Assembly (NCBI GenBank): GCA_030390025.1
Contig: CM059425.1
Span: 171,308,001-171,372,000 of the forward strand
Reading direction: 5' to 3'
Length of the DNA: 64,000 nucleotides
Origin: Squalus acanthias
Taxonomy: Eukaryota
Part shown: one piece after another, positions 25,131 to 39,405 of the stretch
Layout: every line of letters starts with the position of its first letter
Numbering within the stretch: position 1 is the first letter of the stretch
Made by a program: the position numbers and the translations under genes
Notes under the pieces: generated by a model
The model's input: only the letters and a program-made list of their open reading frames with translations
Told to the model about the DNA's origin: nothing
Databases searched by the model: none

Positions 25131-26514
25131 GCAAGTGTGGTCCTTGCTTATTGAATACATCCAGTATTGCAGAATTATCCACAATGAATTAGGCTATGGA
25201 AAGGAAAATTTAACTGTTACAACCATGGACCAGGTAGAAGTAAACGGAGATCTGAGGATAGGTTACAAGAGCGGAATGCCTTCAAGATGCTCAGAAAACA
25301 GCATAAACAATGAAAGTACCATCTAATCACTGAGAGTGTATCAGCTTTGTAACATGCTCTTACATGTAACGGAATATATATATAAGCCCTATCAGATGGG
25401 ATGGTCTGTATGTACAAGTTTAAACAAATCTATCTTTCACAAACTTTACTGATTATTTCTGGAAGGATATTGTGAAAGACATGGTCATGTTTTCTGGTGC
25501 ATTTTACATTGTTTGTGAATCTCAGGAGGTGTGCTTTAACCACCGGTGCGCACAGCTTCGAGTGCTATGGTGTCAAGGAAATGCACAGGAGATTTCTTTT
25601 CCCTCTAATTAACATTGATAAATATCACACTGGGACATTTATGAGAATCATGTACAAAAGGTAATTGGGCGTTACAAAAGGACTGGAACTAAGTCAGTAC
25701 AATGCGTAGATGGTTCCAACTTTTAGACTCACGGTCCAACAAATGTTGGCAAATGACACCCAGTAGGATGTAATGGAAATACTCATGGCTAAAAAGTCAG
25801 ATCAACTGCGGAGGTCAGCACCACCGTGTAGCTCTTATCTTAAGCCAGATATCACAAATTTAATAACAAAAATGGAGAGCAAATGGCTTGATAAACAGCA
25901 TCGCATCATCTTATAAAGTAGGTTTGACAATGAAAATGGGTCCAAATCTGAACACACTAGTGTCTTTTGATTTTCATTTTGATCAATATATTATTTCCAA
26001 GAAAACAGAGCTCAGACTGCGATTATTTATGACTACAACGGTGGTGCATTGTCACAGTGCATTAAGTACCAGTGTACAGCATTATAGAGTGTTTTGACAT
26101 ACATTCACATCTGCTATTTCACCCCCCTTCCCACAAACCAGCTGAGCTGCTAATCTCAACCATGTTGTTTTAAGAGGTGAGGCCAAGCACTTCCTCCACA
26201 AGGAAGAGGGTAAAATGGACAGTCCACATCACCCATAGGTAAACCCCTCATGTACCTCTTGGCATTATAGCACAAAACAGAACTGGTGTGGATTGGATGC
26301 AGGCCACCTGCTCACCCTATTGGTTTTCATTGATGTGCATTGTGTGGACAACAGACAGAGGCAGTTAAACAGACTGAGTTTTATCACAAATATTTAAAAA
26401 AAATAATAATTGAAACAAAGGATGTCCTCATATGAGTCAGCTCTGCAACAGCTAGCATAAAAATATATCAAGTTCTAGTGAACAATGAAACTTTATCCTC
26501 TCAGTTAATTAAAT

Positions 26515-29500
26515 AAATCTGGAATAAAAAGCTAGTATTAGTAATGGTAACCATGAAACTATCGGATTGCCGTAAAAACCCATCTGGTTCACTAATGTCC
26601 TTCAGGGAAAGAAATCTGCTGTCCTTACCTGGTCTGGCCTATACATGACTCCAGACCCACAGCAATGTGGTTGACTCTTAACTGCCCTCTGAAATGCAAG
26701 TCACTCAGTTGCAACAAACCGCTACGAAACACAATAATAACAATGAAACAGGACGGACCACCCGGCATCGACCTCGGCACCAGCTACGGACACGGCAACA
26801 GCACACCCAGCCCAGTCGACCCTGCAAAGTCCTCCTCACCAACATCTGGGGACCTGTGCCAAAATTGGGAGAGCTGTCCCAGACTAATCAAGCAACAGCC
26901 TGACATAGTCATACTCACAGAATCATACCTTTCAGCCAATGTCCCAAACTCCTCCATCACCATCCCTGGGTATGTCCTGTCCCACCGGCAGGGCAGACCC
27001 ACCAGGGGTGGCGGCACAGTGGTATACAGTCGGGAAGGAGTGGCCCTGGGAGTCCTCAACATTCACTCCGGACCCCATGAAGTCTCATGGCTTCAGGTCA
27101 AGCATAGTCAAGGAAACCTCCTGCTGATTATCACCTATTGCCCTCCTTCAGCTGATGAATCAGTACTCCTCCATGTTGAACACCACTTGGAAGAAGCACT
27201 GAGAGCAAGGGCACAGAATGTACTCTGGGTGGAGGACTTCAATGCCCATCACCAAGAGTGGCTCGGTAGCACCACTACTGACCGAGCTGGCCGAGTCCTG
27301 AAGGACATAACTGCCAGTCTGGGCCTGCGACAGGTGGTGAGAGAACCAACATGAGGGGAAAAACCTACTTGACCTCGTCCTCACCAATCTACCTGTCGCA
27401 GATGCGTCTGTCCATGACAGTATTGGTAGCAGTGACCACCGCACAGTCATTGTGGAGACGAAGTCCCGTCTTCACACTGAGGACACCCTCCATCATGTTG
27501 TGTGGCACTACCACAGTGCTAAATTGGATAGATTCAGAACAGATCTAGCAGCTAAAAACTGGGCATCCATGAGGTGCTGTGGGCCATCAGCAGCAGCAGA
27601 ATTGTATTCCACCACAATCTGTAACCTCATGGCCCGGCATATCCCTCACTCTACCATTACCATCAAGCCAGGGGACCAACCCTGGTTCAATAAGGAGTGA
27701 AGAGGAGCATGCCAGGAGCAGCACCAGGCATACCTAAAAATGAGGTGCCAACCTGGGGAAGCTGCAACACAGGACTACATGCATGCTAAAAAGCGGAAGC
27801 AGCATGCTATAGACAGGGCTAAGGTATCGCACAATCAACGGATCAGATCAAAACTCTGCAGTCCAGCCACATCCAGTCGTGAATAGTGGTGGACCATTAA
27901 ACAACTAACGGGAGGAGGCGGCTCCAAGAATATCCCCATCCTCAATGATGGTGGAGCCCAGCACGTGAGTGCAAAAGACAAGGCTGAAACGTTTGCAACC
28001 ATCTTCAGCCACAAGTGACGAGTGGATGATCCATATCGGCCTCCTCCTGAGGTCCCCACCATCACAGAAGCCAGTCTTCAGCCAATTCGATTCACTCCAC
28101 GTAATATCAAGAAACGGCTGAGCGCACTGGATACAGCAAAGGTCATGGGCCCCGACAACATCCCGGCTATCGTGCTGAAGACTTGTGCTCCAAAACTAGC
28201 CACGCCTCTAGCCAAGCTGTTCCAGTACAGCTACAACTCTGGCATCGATCCGACAATGTGGAAAACTACCTAGGTATGTCCTGTCCACTAAAAGCAGGAC
28301 AAATCCAACCCGGCCAATTACCGCCTCATCAGTCTACTCTCAATCATCAGCAAAGTGATGGAAGGTGTCGTCGACAGTGCTATCAAGCGGCACTTACTCA
28401 CCAATAACCTGCTCACTGATGCCCAATTTGGGTTCCGCCAAGACCACTCAGCTCCTGACCTCATTACAGCCTTGGTCCAAACATGGACAAAGGAGCTCAA
28501 TTCCAGAGATGAGGTAAGAGTGACTGCCCTTGACATCAAGGCAGCATTTGACCGAGTCTGGCATCAAGGAACCCTAGTAAAACTGAAGTCAATGGGAATC
28601 GGGGGGAAACGCTCAACTGGCTGGAGACATACCAAGCACAAAGGAAGATGGTTGTGGTGGTTGAAGGTCAATCATCACAGCCCCAGGACATCGCTGCAGG
28701 AGTTCCTCAGGGCAGTGTCCTAGGCCCAACCATCTTCAGCTGCTTCATCAATGATCTTCCCTCCAACATAAGGTCAGAAATGGGGATGTTCGCTGATGAC
28801 TGCACAGTGTTCAGCGCCATTCACAACTCCTCAGATAATGAAGCAATCCATGCCCGCATATAACAAGACCTGGATGACGTTCAGGCTTGGGCTGATCAGT
28901 GGCAGGTAACATTCGCGCCACAGAAGTGCCAGACAATGACTATCTCCAACAAGCGAGTGTCTAACCACCTCCCCATGACATTCAACGGCATTACCATCGC
29001 CAAATCCCCCACCATCAACATCCTGGGGGTTACCATTGACCAGAAACTTAACTGGACCAGCCACATAAATACTGTGGCAACAAGAGCAGGTCAGAGGCTG
29101 GGTATTCTGTGGCGAGTGTCTCACCTCCTGACTCCCCAGAGCCTTTCCACCATCTACAAGGCACAAATAAGGAGTGTGATGGAATACTCTCCACTTGCAT
29201 GGATGAGTGCAGCTCCAACAACAATCAAGAAGCTCGACACTATCCAGGACAAAGCAGCCCGCTTGATTGGTACCCCATCCACCACCTTGAACATTCACTC
29301 CCTTCACCACCGGCGTACCGTGGCTGTAGTGTGCACCATCTACAAGATGCACTGCAGCAACTCACCAAGGCTTCTTCAGCAGCACCTCCCAAACCCGCGA
29401 CCTCTTCCACCTAGAAGGACAAGGGCAGCAGGCGCATGGAAACACCACCACCTCCAAATTCCCCTCCAAGTCACACACCATTCTGACTTAGAAGTATATC

Positions 29501-29696
29501 GCCGATCCTTCATCGTCGCTGGGTCAAAATCCTGGAGCTCCCTACCTAACAGCACTGTGGGAGTACCTTCACCACAAGGACTGCAGCGGTTCAAGAAGGC
29601 GGCTCACCACCAGCGTCTCAAGGGCAATTAGGGATGGGCAATAAATGCAGGCCTTGCCAGCGACACCCACATCCCATAAAAAAACGAATTAAAAAA
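26515..29696 (+). mobile_element. Near-full-length non-LTR retrotransposon (APE endonuclease plus RT), inactivated; clade not assigned
   Basis: APE motifs PDIVILTESYL, RGGGTVVY, EDFNAHH and SDH. RT motifs [28 protein letters not shown] and MFADD. Several stops and frameshifts; A-rich 3' end. Confidence 0.93.
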
Positions 29697-31344
29697 GAGA
29701 CCTGCACGAAGTTGGCTCGAGCGTCAACATAGGTCTGACTAATGGATTAAATATAACTGTAAAATTACATGTTTATTCTTTTAATTCAAGTGTAATTATT
29801 ACCATGGTTAGCAGTTTTAATAGTACATTCCTATATTGGGTTTTTGCCCACTCACTCCTTATAAGATTGACAGATTGAAAGAGGCTTTGATTTTACTGCT
29901 GCAGTAGCTGGAGATACCATTACTGTACTACCATGACCTTTCAACCTGGCTTGGGAAATAATCTTCAATTGGCCACCAAGCAAGACTATTGACAAGAACG
30001 TATATTTATTCTAAATAAGCAAACTGCAATTCAGCTTAAACATCCACTCCCTTCAACTCAAAACATCCACTCCCTCCAACAGCGCACGCATTGTGATGGC
30101 AGTGTGTGCTACCGACAGGATGCTCGGCAGCAAGTTTCCAAGGTTTGTTCGACGGTTTTCCCTTTTTGATGGCAGGACTACTATGACAGAGATTACATCA
30201 GTGAGAAGCTGCTTCCATCTCTGCCACAATTATTTTATTTATTTTAGGGCCCTTGCTATTTACAAGGCCAACTCCCATTCTCAGTGGTGTGCTTCCCAGC
30301 AGTAATGGGGCTAATAAAAACATTTCTTTGTATTTTTATAAATGTCATTCAGCACCACACACCTTCTGTAAACAAGGAGGTAGGCAGGCAATCTGTTCCT
30401 GAAACTGGATCTGCCATGAACTGGCTAGTAGGAGGTCTGTGAGACTGACTTGCTCTTTGATTTTCTCTCCTTACCTATGGAGGGAACTGCAGGGTTTCGC
30501 CACTCCACAGTACAGCTGTTTACAGGCTTAAATCGCAAAATTGTGAAACTCCTCATCTCCCGCAGTTTTACCTTCCTGCTACAACTCACATGCTTTTAAA
30601 ACCCAATTTTGGCAATACTTAAATCACTCATCCCAATTTATTTCATTAATTCCAATCTTGCCGGGCCCAGCTTTGGGCTTTCACCTGGATTCCCTGAATT
30701 AAAAAAATAGATGGTACCGGCACCAAGTTAACCGAGTTTTCTGTTTCAAGTTCGAACCCCATGAGATAGGCAGGGAGCCCCATCACCACTGGTGTTCTAT
30801 GGTATTAAATGACAAAAATTTTAGTTTAAGATTTGTTTTAAAGATTCTGCAACATTCTTACAATAAAATGCACAATATTTGTTCTTTTGCAGCACATGAA
30901 TGCCATGGGTAGATTTGTGCTGTGGATTTGTGGCCACTGCAAATAGATTGAGACAGACCAAACTTGTTATTAGAAAGATGACGCGTTCATCTCATCAGGC
31001 AGGGCTAGATTCAAAGCTGAGTCCCAGATGTCAAAGGGCATTTTGTAAATAACTGTGCTTCCCAAATCTCCCAGTCATCTTCAAAGATACACAATGTATG
31101 TTCAGAAGCATTTTTGTTATAACAAGACAGTGTTAAAGCTATGTCGGAGTTGCAGTTACAATTCTAGTTTATTATTGCTTTCTTGAAAGCACTATTATAA
31201 ATCTAAACAGAAGCTGATGACATTTATTGTGGAAACAACTAAGGTAGGGCTTCGAGCACAGCCTATATTAAGCAAACCATTCCCAAAAGAGAACAAAAGG
31301 ATATAGTCTCTATAAAAAGGCAGGTCCCCAACAACTTGACTAAA

Positions 31345-31715
31345 GAAAGACTTGGATTTATAGCACCTTGTCAGAAATGCTTCACATACAATTAATTACT
31401 TTGAAGTGCAGTGATTGAAAAAGTATAGCTACTTTTTTTTTTACATACAGCAAAACCCCACAGATAATTCATTGAATAATCAGTTAATTTATTTTTACAG
31501 AAGGGGTTGGTTGACAGAGGAATGGTACCCAGGATCTTTGCTCTTCTTCAAACTGCTTTGAGATCTTAATATTCATCTTAACAGAGTCCTCTCACAATGC
31601 ACGACGATCTCAGTGTTGGAGTCAGCCTGGATTAAGTGCTCAAATCCTGTAGTGGGCACTGAACTCAAAAGCTTTGACTCAAAGCCAAGTGCACTGTCAA
31701 CTGTGCCAAGCTGCC
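31345..31715 (-). mobile_element. Highly degraded DeuSINE-type copy
   Basis: gacttggatttatagcacc...tactttgaagtgcagt...gctcttcttcaaa...gtcagcctggattaagtgctcaa mirrors 1037-1475. Confidence 0.55.
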
Positions 31716-32769
31716 TCAGGCACACACTGTAGAGATACAACGTGTGGCAAGTGCTTCAAGCTTCATACTAGAGAACTTGTCCTCTCAGCCATGTGTAGTT
31801 AAGATTATGTGCTCAGATAATTACATCATACTCCAGCCCTTTACAGAAGTTTTTTTTCTTCTAAACACCTCTTTAGGACTCTACCATTCCTTGACCTGGA
31901 CCTCTTCTGCTCAGAGAGTCTGCAACACTGTTACAGGCTGATTCACCTATTCAATGCCCCTCTTTTCCCTGGAAGGCACTAGATCCCATCTGACCCTTAT
32001 GAACCAGCTGAGATTTGAGAACTTGCTGGAGAGAATCTTGGGATGAACCTATATTCAATGCCTCCATAGTGCAGTTATTCACAGCTCATCATCTAGCAAT
32101 AACTAAGTTCAAGTTTATAAACAGATCAGTTTTATGATGTCATCACTATTTATGGTGTGAGTTCCGTCTACTGGAAGTGGGTTTAGACAGCCTGACCATT
32201 AACAGTTGTCTGAGAAATTAGATGTTCATTCCTTCAATCTGGGATGGATTCAAACCCCAATCCAACAGGTCAAAGGTCAGTGTGCTAGCCTATTTTTCCA
32301 TCCGGTTCTCTTGGCCATCTTAAAAGATTTTTAAAAAAAATCATAGAGCACAAATACCATGTCCCCTACTATATATGCACCGCTTACATTACAGAACTGC
32401 ATGTGATGTTTCAAAGACAAGAAACTTCTGGAAACTGCTTGTGCTGTTCCAATTGTTTGAATCCCTTTTCCACAATTTCCTCCCTTTTTCTCTAACTCCG
32501 CACAGATCAGGGAGTGATTCTGGGTCTTTCCGGTCTGCGTGGTTCACAGTGCATTTACATACTAAGTCAGCAAGGCAGCAGTCTTCCAAATTATTCTTAC
32601 AGTCAGTGGCTAAGTGGAATTTGTTAAGAGGAGGTACTGAGTGATTGCTGACCTTTCATAACCTTCAACTCTGCTCTTATAATTTCTGGATTTAAAAAAA
32701 AACTTAAAACTTCTTCCCTCAGTAGTAGGCAATGTTTATTGGGGAAATTATATTGTCAAGTTAAAAAGA

Positions 32770-33150
32770 GCGAGTCCAGCTGGCTAAGACACCAACTAAC
32801 TAAGCTATGTAAACCACGAAGGCACGAGGTGTGATCTGCACTCTGTACTGAGTTAACTAATCTCACATGGGAAGGGATAGGAGCCCACCAGTTAGCCTCG
32901 GTACTGCTTGGTCAAGGAAGGGAAAATAGGCCAGTTTTCCTACTCCTGATGACTATCCACAATCCTTCGTGGAGGTTCGTGCATGGGCCAAGGACAGCAT
33001 CAGGCTCGGCTGTGATGTTGTCTCTGGCTGAATAATCTGCTAATACTGATTGACTCAATGATAAAGAATGGTCACATGGGCAAGGTACCTTAGGACAACA
33101 GGCACTCCTGGAACCACAGTCCAGCAAGGAATCAACACCTTCAGGGGAGG
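32770..33150 (+). mobile_element. Second SINE-like family (old)
   Basis: ctgtactgagtta...aaggaagggaaaataggccag...ctcctgat...aggacagcatcaggct...gaatggtcac recurs at about 47850-48170 (+), 53560-53800 (+), 53330-53550 (-) and 49990-50200 (-). Confidence 0.55.
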
Positions 33151-34345
33151 CGATGAGGGAGAACAGAAACGGAAGGAGGAGATGAAATTTGATTTATTTT
33201 AAATCCCTTAATGGCAAATAAGGATTCAAACCTTGACATTTATTTCCACAGGGTTTCATCCCTAGTTGTCATTTATGGATATTTCTTCTATACTAATATA
33301 TCTCTCATGGCATTGCCTGCAGGCCAAGGACAGAAAACTTGGAGGCAAGCAAGACAGTGAGTGAATGGCAGCCAAGAGTCAAAGTTTGGGCGTAGTGAGA
33401 AGGTGGATCCAAAGCAGGCCGAGAGCAAGAGGGAGCCAAATGTTAAAATCCAGGAGCAAGCAGGGGGACAGGAAGTGAGTGGCATCCACATGCCAAGAAA
33501 GAAGGAAAGTTGGAAGAGTGAGTGGCAAGTTAGGCTGAATCAGTGCCTCAGATTTGAAGTTCTCATGTTTGAGCTTAAATTCCTCCATAGCCTCACCCCT
33601 CTCTACTTATGTAATCTTCTCTAATGCTACAATTCTCCCCGAACTCTCAAGTCCTCTGACTGCAGTTTGTTGTGCACCTTCCTCCTCCTTCACTCCACCT
33701 GTCTAGGCGCCACACCCTGTAATTCCCTCCCTAAATCCTGTTTCTTCACTCTCTCTCCTCCTTTCAGAACACCCACCACCTCCCATCTTCTTGGTCTCCA
33801 AATCCAAAGATTTCCACCTTCAAAGGACAGAATGAATCACGGGGAATGGGCCATATGAAGCAGGTCCAACTGAATGGATGGAGCCTCAAATCCGTTAACC
33901 ATTCACATGACATTATCTCCAGTGATATAATGGTTGAAGATGTATGCTGACTGTAAACCCTGAGAGGAGTTTACTTTATAACAAAACCAATTAATTGGAG
34001 CACAGCATTCAATGACGTTACACTGGCACTCACAGATCAGTTTAAATCAGTGTTGAATCAAGTGCAACCTCTGACCAGAGTAAAATGTGTCAAAAACCAG
34101 AGATATGAGCAAGGAGCCATCAAAGCTACCATAATGGTGCTTCTCTCAAGACCAATCTCACATCAGGAATGTGTTTACCCTGCACCAATATACAATCCAT
34201 GGTCAGAGGTTATGTGTGGGGATGACACTTAGATAAGGGGCTTCTATTGCAAACTTTACTCTGGAGTTTGTTACCTATCAGTTGAAAATTTTCATTCAAA
34301 TTATTGAAAAGATGTACTATATCCATCCAGGAGTTTAGACATGTA

Positions 34346-34958
34346 GGGCAGAATTTTCATTGACCCGTGGAGGTGGGTTTGGAAGCGTGTGGGGGGTTAA
34401 AATTGCGAAAACTGGCAGGCGGGCACAAGCCCGCCTCCACGCAATTTTCATTAAATCGTGTCTGCTGGTCCCGACTCCGTCCCGCTTCCAAGAGGTGGGA
34501 TTGGCTGTTAAGGCCCTTAACAAGCACTAAATTGCCTCTATAATGCCATTTTGAAAGGCCTTTCTGATTTTAACCCTTGTTCTACGTGAAGCACGCCTGT
34601 TCTGAACCACGAATGTGAAACCTAGCGGGAGCACATTTGGATAGCTGACTATCAGCTGGGTGGTGGTGGTGGTGGTGGCGGTGGCTTAGGGCTGCGGCTG
34701 CTCATTTTGCCTCCAGGTCCTCTCACAGCAAAGGCCAGGCAGTGTTTGAAGACCTTCAATGCAGCAGCAATGATGACATCATCAGAGGCGACTTTTAGAC
34801 TGAAAACACTAATTGGGTCATGGGTTCCCACATGCTGGAACTCAATTGCCCAATTAGGTGAAAATCGCATCAATCTCCCACATCCAATTGCAGTCGGGTG
34901 GATAACATGAAAAGTGGATGACACGACCCCAACCCGCCCCAGTATCAAAACCCAGCCC
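34346..34958. mobile_element. PIF/Harbinger MITE, family B copy 2
   Basis: Termini gggcagaatttt and aaaacccagccc with a 3-bp duplication GTA (34343-34345 and 34959-34961). Near-identical arms to 9716-10430. Confidence 0.9.
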
Positions 34959-37900
34959 GTAAAGTTTTATCTTATGTGAATGATACAGAGAGTGCTGTAT
35001 AAATCCATGGCTATAGTTACTCCAGTGTCAAGATTATTTGTACCACAGAAATTTGAAGTGACCCTGATTATCTCTGTAATACTCTAAGTGGCTGTTGCGG
35101 ATGACCATCAATGAGAGTTTGAGAAAATGAACAAAATTAAGAATGCTAACCTGCTGTGAAACATCACAATCAAAGGCCATGAAGGACAGGCCCAGCTACA
35201 ACCAACCTGTTACCTTTCAAATCCCTCATAGGGTTTTTAAACCATTCTTTTGAAAGGCTGTTTGGCCTTATGAATTAATTTAGAAAGAATTTCTTCCAGG
35301 ATTTAATGAGGTAGGCACCAGATCTGAACGCAGCCTCACAAATGTAAGTGATTAGACCCTATGACACTGCAGACCCACTGCTGGGCCTTTAGGCCTTTTA
35401 TTTTTTTTTAAAAAGGAAAACTTTGCATTGAAAATGTTTTCTCTTCATGACTTGATAAGAAATCAATCCCAGTGGATGATCAAAGTTCCAGCAGAGAGCC
35501 AAGGTCCTTTTGTCTGCAAATCCATTTATTTAACTACAGACTCCCTATCAAGCCCTGTCAAGGTTCCCCATCTTCAAATGCCAGCACTACAAAGAGAAAA
35601 AAGCAGACCGATTTCAGCTAAGAGACAGCACGTGTAAGTAAATTAATAGGAAGGAAAGGTACCTGTAGAGTGCACTCGCATTTGGTGAGTGCATTTTTAT
35701 CAAAGAACCTAATGGAATGACAAAAAGATACCTTTCAATAAGGGCGGCTGGAAAAAAAATCAACCCAAAATATTCTGAAACTGCTTTGAGGCTGGCTGCA
35801 GACTGAAAGGAAACGGGTATAAATTGCTTAGGGTGGAATTTACTGCTTGGCCACATATTAAAAGCTCAGCCAATCATTTCATCTTCAGATTCACTGACTG
35901 ACTATATGAAAATGAAAATTTTGCTTCAGCATACTGATTTAGTCTCTTCCTCATCCAAATCTGAAATACTGAAATAGGCGTTTGAACCACAAGTATAGAC
36001 ATGATGAGGTTTGCTTTTATGCTATCCCTATTCAAATTTACACACGTGCAAAACAATAAATTACAGTAATTAGTACAACTAATGCAGACACTTTTACTGC
36101 AAAGTGCCTCAGATGGTGTCATATTGCTGCAACACTATTACTGCAGTGGATTACTGTTGTTTTTTTTGTGTGTGAGGCTGAAAACAGGATATAATCTGCA
36201 TCAGGTAATTGCTATTATAAAACTGCAACTAATTACAGTCCATCAATAGAGATAATAAGCCTCCAGTTCCAGAAACTGTTTGATACTTATATTGAACCTT
36301 TTAATCTCGCTCGAGCAGTTAGAATATGAATTAATAGAATGGGGTTTTGTGATCTTTTCTGTGTAAGGTCTACTGCACGTTTATAATTCTTGCAGTGATT
36401 TAGAATGCAAGCATGCTCTGGGCACTACAAATAGGGTAACTGCTCACTGTGCGCTACTGGGGATGAGGAGTTGGGGGGTGGGGGGGCTAGTGCGACAAAA
36501 CGATCTCCAAATGCAACATCTTCAGAGGTTTCATGTTGGGAAAGTAATCATCTCTGGTCATAGGCTGCAATCTTAATGCACATTTTCATAATGCACATTT
36601 TCACACAGCATAAGCCTAAAATGAACATTAAAACCTATGCAGTTAAACAGCATAATGTTCAGTAACAGGGAGAATATTGCATACGAATTCATAAGCCAGT
36701 AAGGAGCTTTTAGGCTCATGGTGTAGGTGTACTTAAGTTATAACTACAGGGATTTAAATGTATGATCAACAGTGGAAAGATTATATCACATCATCCGACC
36801 AAACAAAATGCCTATGTTTTGTGTGCCGATTTTACCTGGGTGGATTTAACCCAATCTCAATTTGTCAGAAAAGACAAGCAACTTAGCAAACTTTGCAAAG
36901 CCACAGCACTACAGAAAGGGCGGCTGATTTTCTTTTCCTTTCTGATTTCTAATCTTTATGCCCATAACCTGCATTTTTTGATGCAATAAAATAGGGTAGT
37001 GCCATTCTTTTTCAAGATGGGCTGATGCTGCACAAGGCTGGGAATTTATTTTCTCTCCTTTAGACTGGCAAAGGAAGCTTTCTCCACGATTTGCCGATTC
37101 AACAGCAATTAAGCTGATGGTTCCAGTTTACATGTTTGATGGAAAAGCATTCATTGGGGGGAGGTGGGGTGAAGAGGGGGGGAAATATTCAATGTAACCT
37201 AAGTATCAAGTGTTTCTTATGATGTGTGCTAATCCTAATGAATGTGTGTATGCTCGATGTTTGTTAGTGATATTGCTTTCTTCTGGTGACTTAATCCCTA
37301 CTCTTAACTGATCAGGGCTTCTTGAGTGTTGAAAGACCAAATCAGGACATGAGAAGCCGGGCAGGCTTTAGATAAAACATCTTCACTGCATCTTTATCTT
37401 CTTTACAGCTACACTGCTCTATGGACACGCTGGTGAAGAACACTGAAAAAGCCCTTTCTCAGATGTTAATATCCAAAATGTAGCACAGTGATTGTCTTTA
37501 AATGATCTCATCTATGAAAATTTTCAATAAATTACAAACTTGATTCGCAGCAACATGTTTTACAAGATAAATAAATTATATATAAATATATACACACACA
37601 CACGCCTATATTTTATTATGGGTTAGTTCTTCTTTACTCTTGCGTCTCTGAACTATATCTATCTTGTGATCCATCTGAAGTCTTACATTATTATTGGATT
37701 TACACAGTATCGCAGGAAGTGTGTGCTGTGCTTTAATTTGTGTATTCAATCATAATCACAACAGATAACCTGCCGACAGCTACAATTCAGATTTAAAGCA
37801 CACACCCAATAGGTTATAGGTCTGCTGTGCTTTTTAATAAAACATTTCCTTAAAGGTCAGACAGCAAGGTCTTTCACTTTGCGGCCAAATGTATTTTGCA

Positions 37901-38019
37901 TACGGTTGTGACTGATGACTAATATAAAAAAGCGAGTTCTTAACCAGCATTGGTATTTATCTATGATGTTGGACCTCTACCAAAGACTAGAGCTTGCCAG
38001 CTTAATTAACAGGATAAAA

Positions 38020-38295
38020 AGACTTGCATTTATATAGCGCCTTTCACGACCACCGGACGTCTCAAAGCGCTTTACAGCCAATGAAGTACTTTTGAAGTGG
38101 AGTCACTGTTGTAATGTGGGAAACGCGGCAGCCAATTTGCGCACAGCAAGCTCCTACAAACAGCAATGTGAAAATGTCCAGATAGTCTGTTTTTGTTATG
38201 TTGGTTGAGGGAGAAATATTGGCCAGGACCCCGGGGATAACTCCCCTACTCTTCTTCGAAATAGTGCCATGGGATCTTTCATGTCCACCTGACCA
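38020..38295 (-). mobile_element. DeuSINE-type 3' half
   Basis: gacttgcatttatatagcgcctttcacgacc...gcggcagccaatttgcgcacagcaag...tagtgccatgggatctt is the reverse complement of about 1215-1475. Confidence 0.8.
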
Positions 38296-38734
38296 GCTTA
38301 CTGGCAGAGTGCTGGGGGAAGATGCTGCCACATTTGCCATTAACCTTCAAATCAAAATTCCTGCCAGGTATTGTATTGACTCTCCATATATCAGATCATC
38401 ATCCTTGTTGCTTGGCAGCACTATTGTCACTGAAAAACTGTATTAAGACACTTTTACATTGCCTATTTTCCTTGTTTACGTCTAGGGAGTTTAACCTCCA
38501 TGCACTGTTCTCTGCCTTTTACTTTTCAGTCAGGAGCTGGGCATGCCGAGGTCTGCTGGGTAATGCAGAGATCCAATTGATGTATACAGTACAAACGTCT
38601 GGCAATAACTACTTAAATTATTGTAATTGGCTTCCTGAACCTGGTAGCACAATTGTAAATCAACATTTTTGTGGGGGTATAATGTGGTCAATTTTCTAAA
38701 CATTGAGCCTTTACATCATAGATACAGCCAAGAT

Positions 38735-39405
38735 AGGGAGAAAAATGCACGTCATCTCGAGCAATGGCTTCTCTTTCCATCCCTGCACTAACTTCAAAGT
38801 CCCCCAAGGATACAAGCTTGGTCCCTATCTTTTCCTCACCTACATACTTCCCCTTGTCGACATCATCTGCAACAACAACAACGTGTATTTATATAGCACC
38901 TTTAATATAGTAAAACGTCCCAAAGCACTTCACAGGAGCGTTATCAACCAAAATTTGACACGGAGCAGAGATATTAGGGCAGAGGAGCATCTTAAAAGAA
39001 GAAAGAGAGGTGGAGAAGTTTAGGGAGGGAATTCCAGAGCTTAGGGCCTTGGCAGCTGAAGGCACGGCCACCAATGGTGGAGCGATTAAAATCGGCGATG
39101 CTCAAGAGGCCAGAATTAGAGGAGTGCAGAGATGGGGTAAGCTTCCACGTTTATACTGATGATGCCCAGCTCTCCTTTCCACCACTTCTCTCTCTGCTGT
39201 CAGACTGCTTGCCTAACATCCAATCTTGGATGAAACCAAACTTACCCCAGCTAAACATTGAGAAGACTGAAGCCATTGTCTTTCGCCCCTTCCACAAACT
39301 CTGTACCCTTGCCACTAACTCCATCCCCCTCCTTGGGCACTGTCTCAGGATGAACCAGACTGTTCACAACCTAGATGTCCTTTTCAACTCTGAGCTGATC
39401 GACCT
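38735..39405 (+). mobile_element. L2-like RT fragment with an antisense L2 3' tail nested at about 38870-39130
   Basis: VPQGYKLGP before the insert and SFHVYTDDAQL after it. The insert begins caacaacaacaac...tttatatagcacc, an inverted L2 tail. Confidence 0.7.

Noticed and set aside
26665..29631. Active retrotransposon or host RT gene
   Set aside because: ORF2 is broken by several in-frame stops and frameshifts.
30038..30190. 23-bp tandem duplication followed by LINE-like sequence
   Set aside because: A small degraded fragment of the adjacent LINE family; ordinary slippage.
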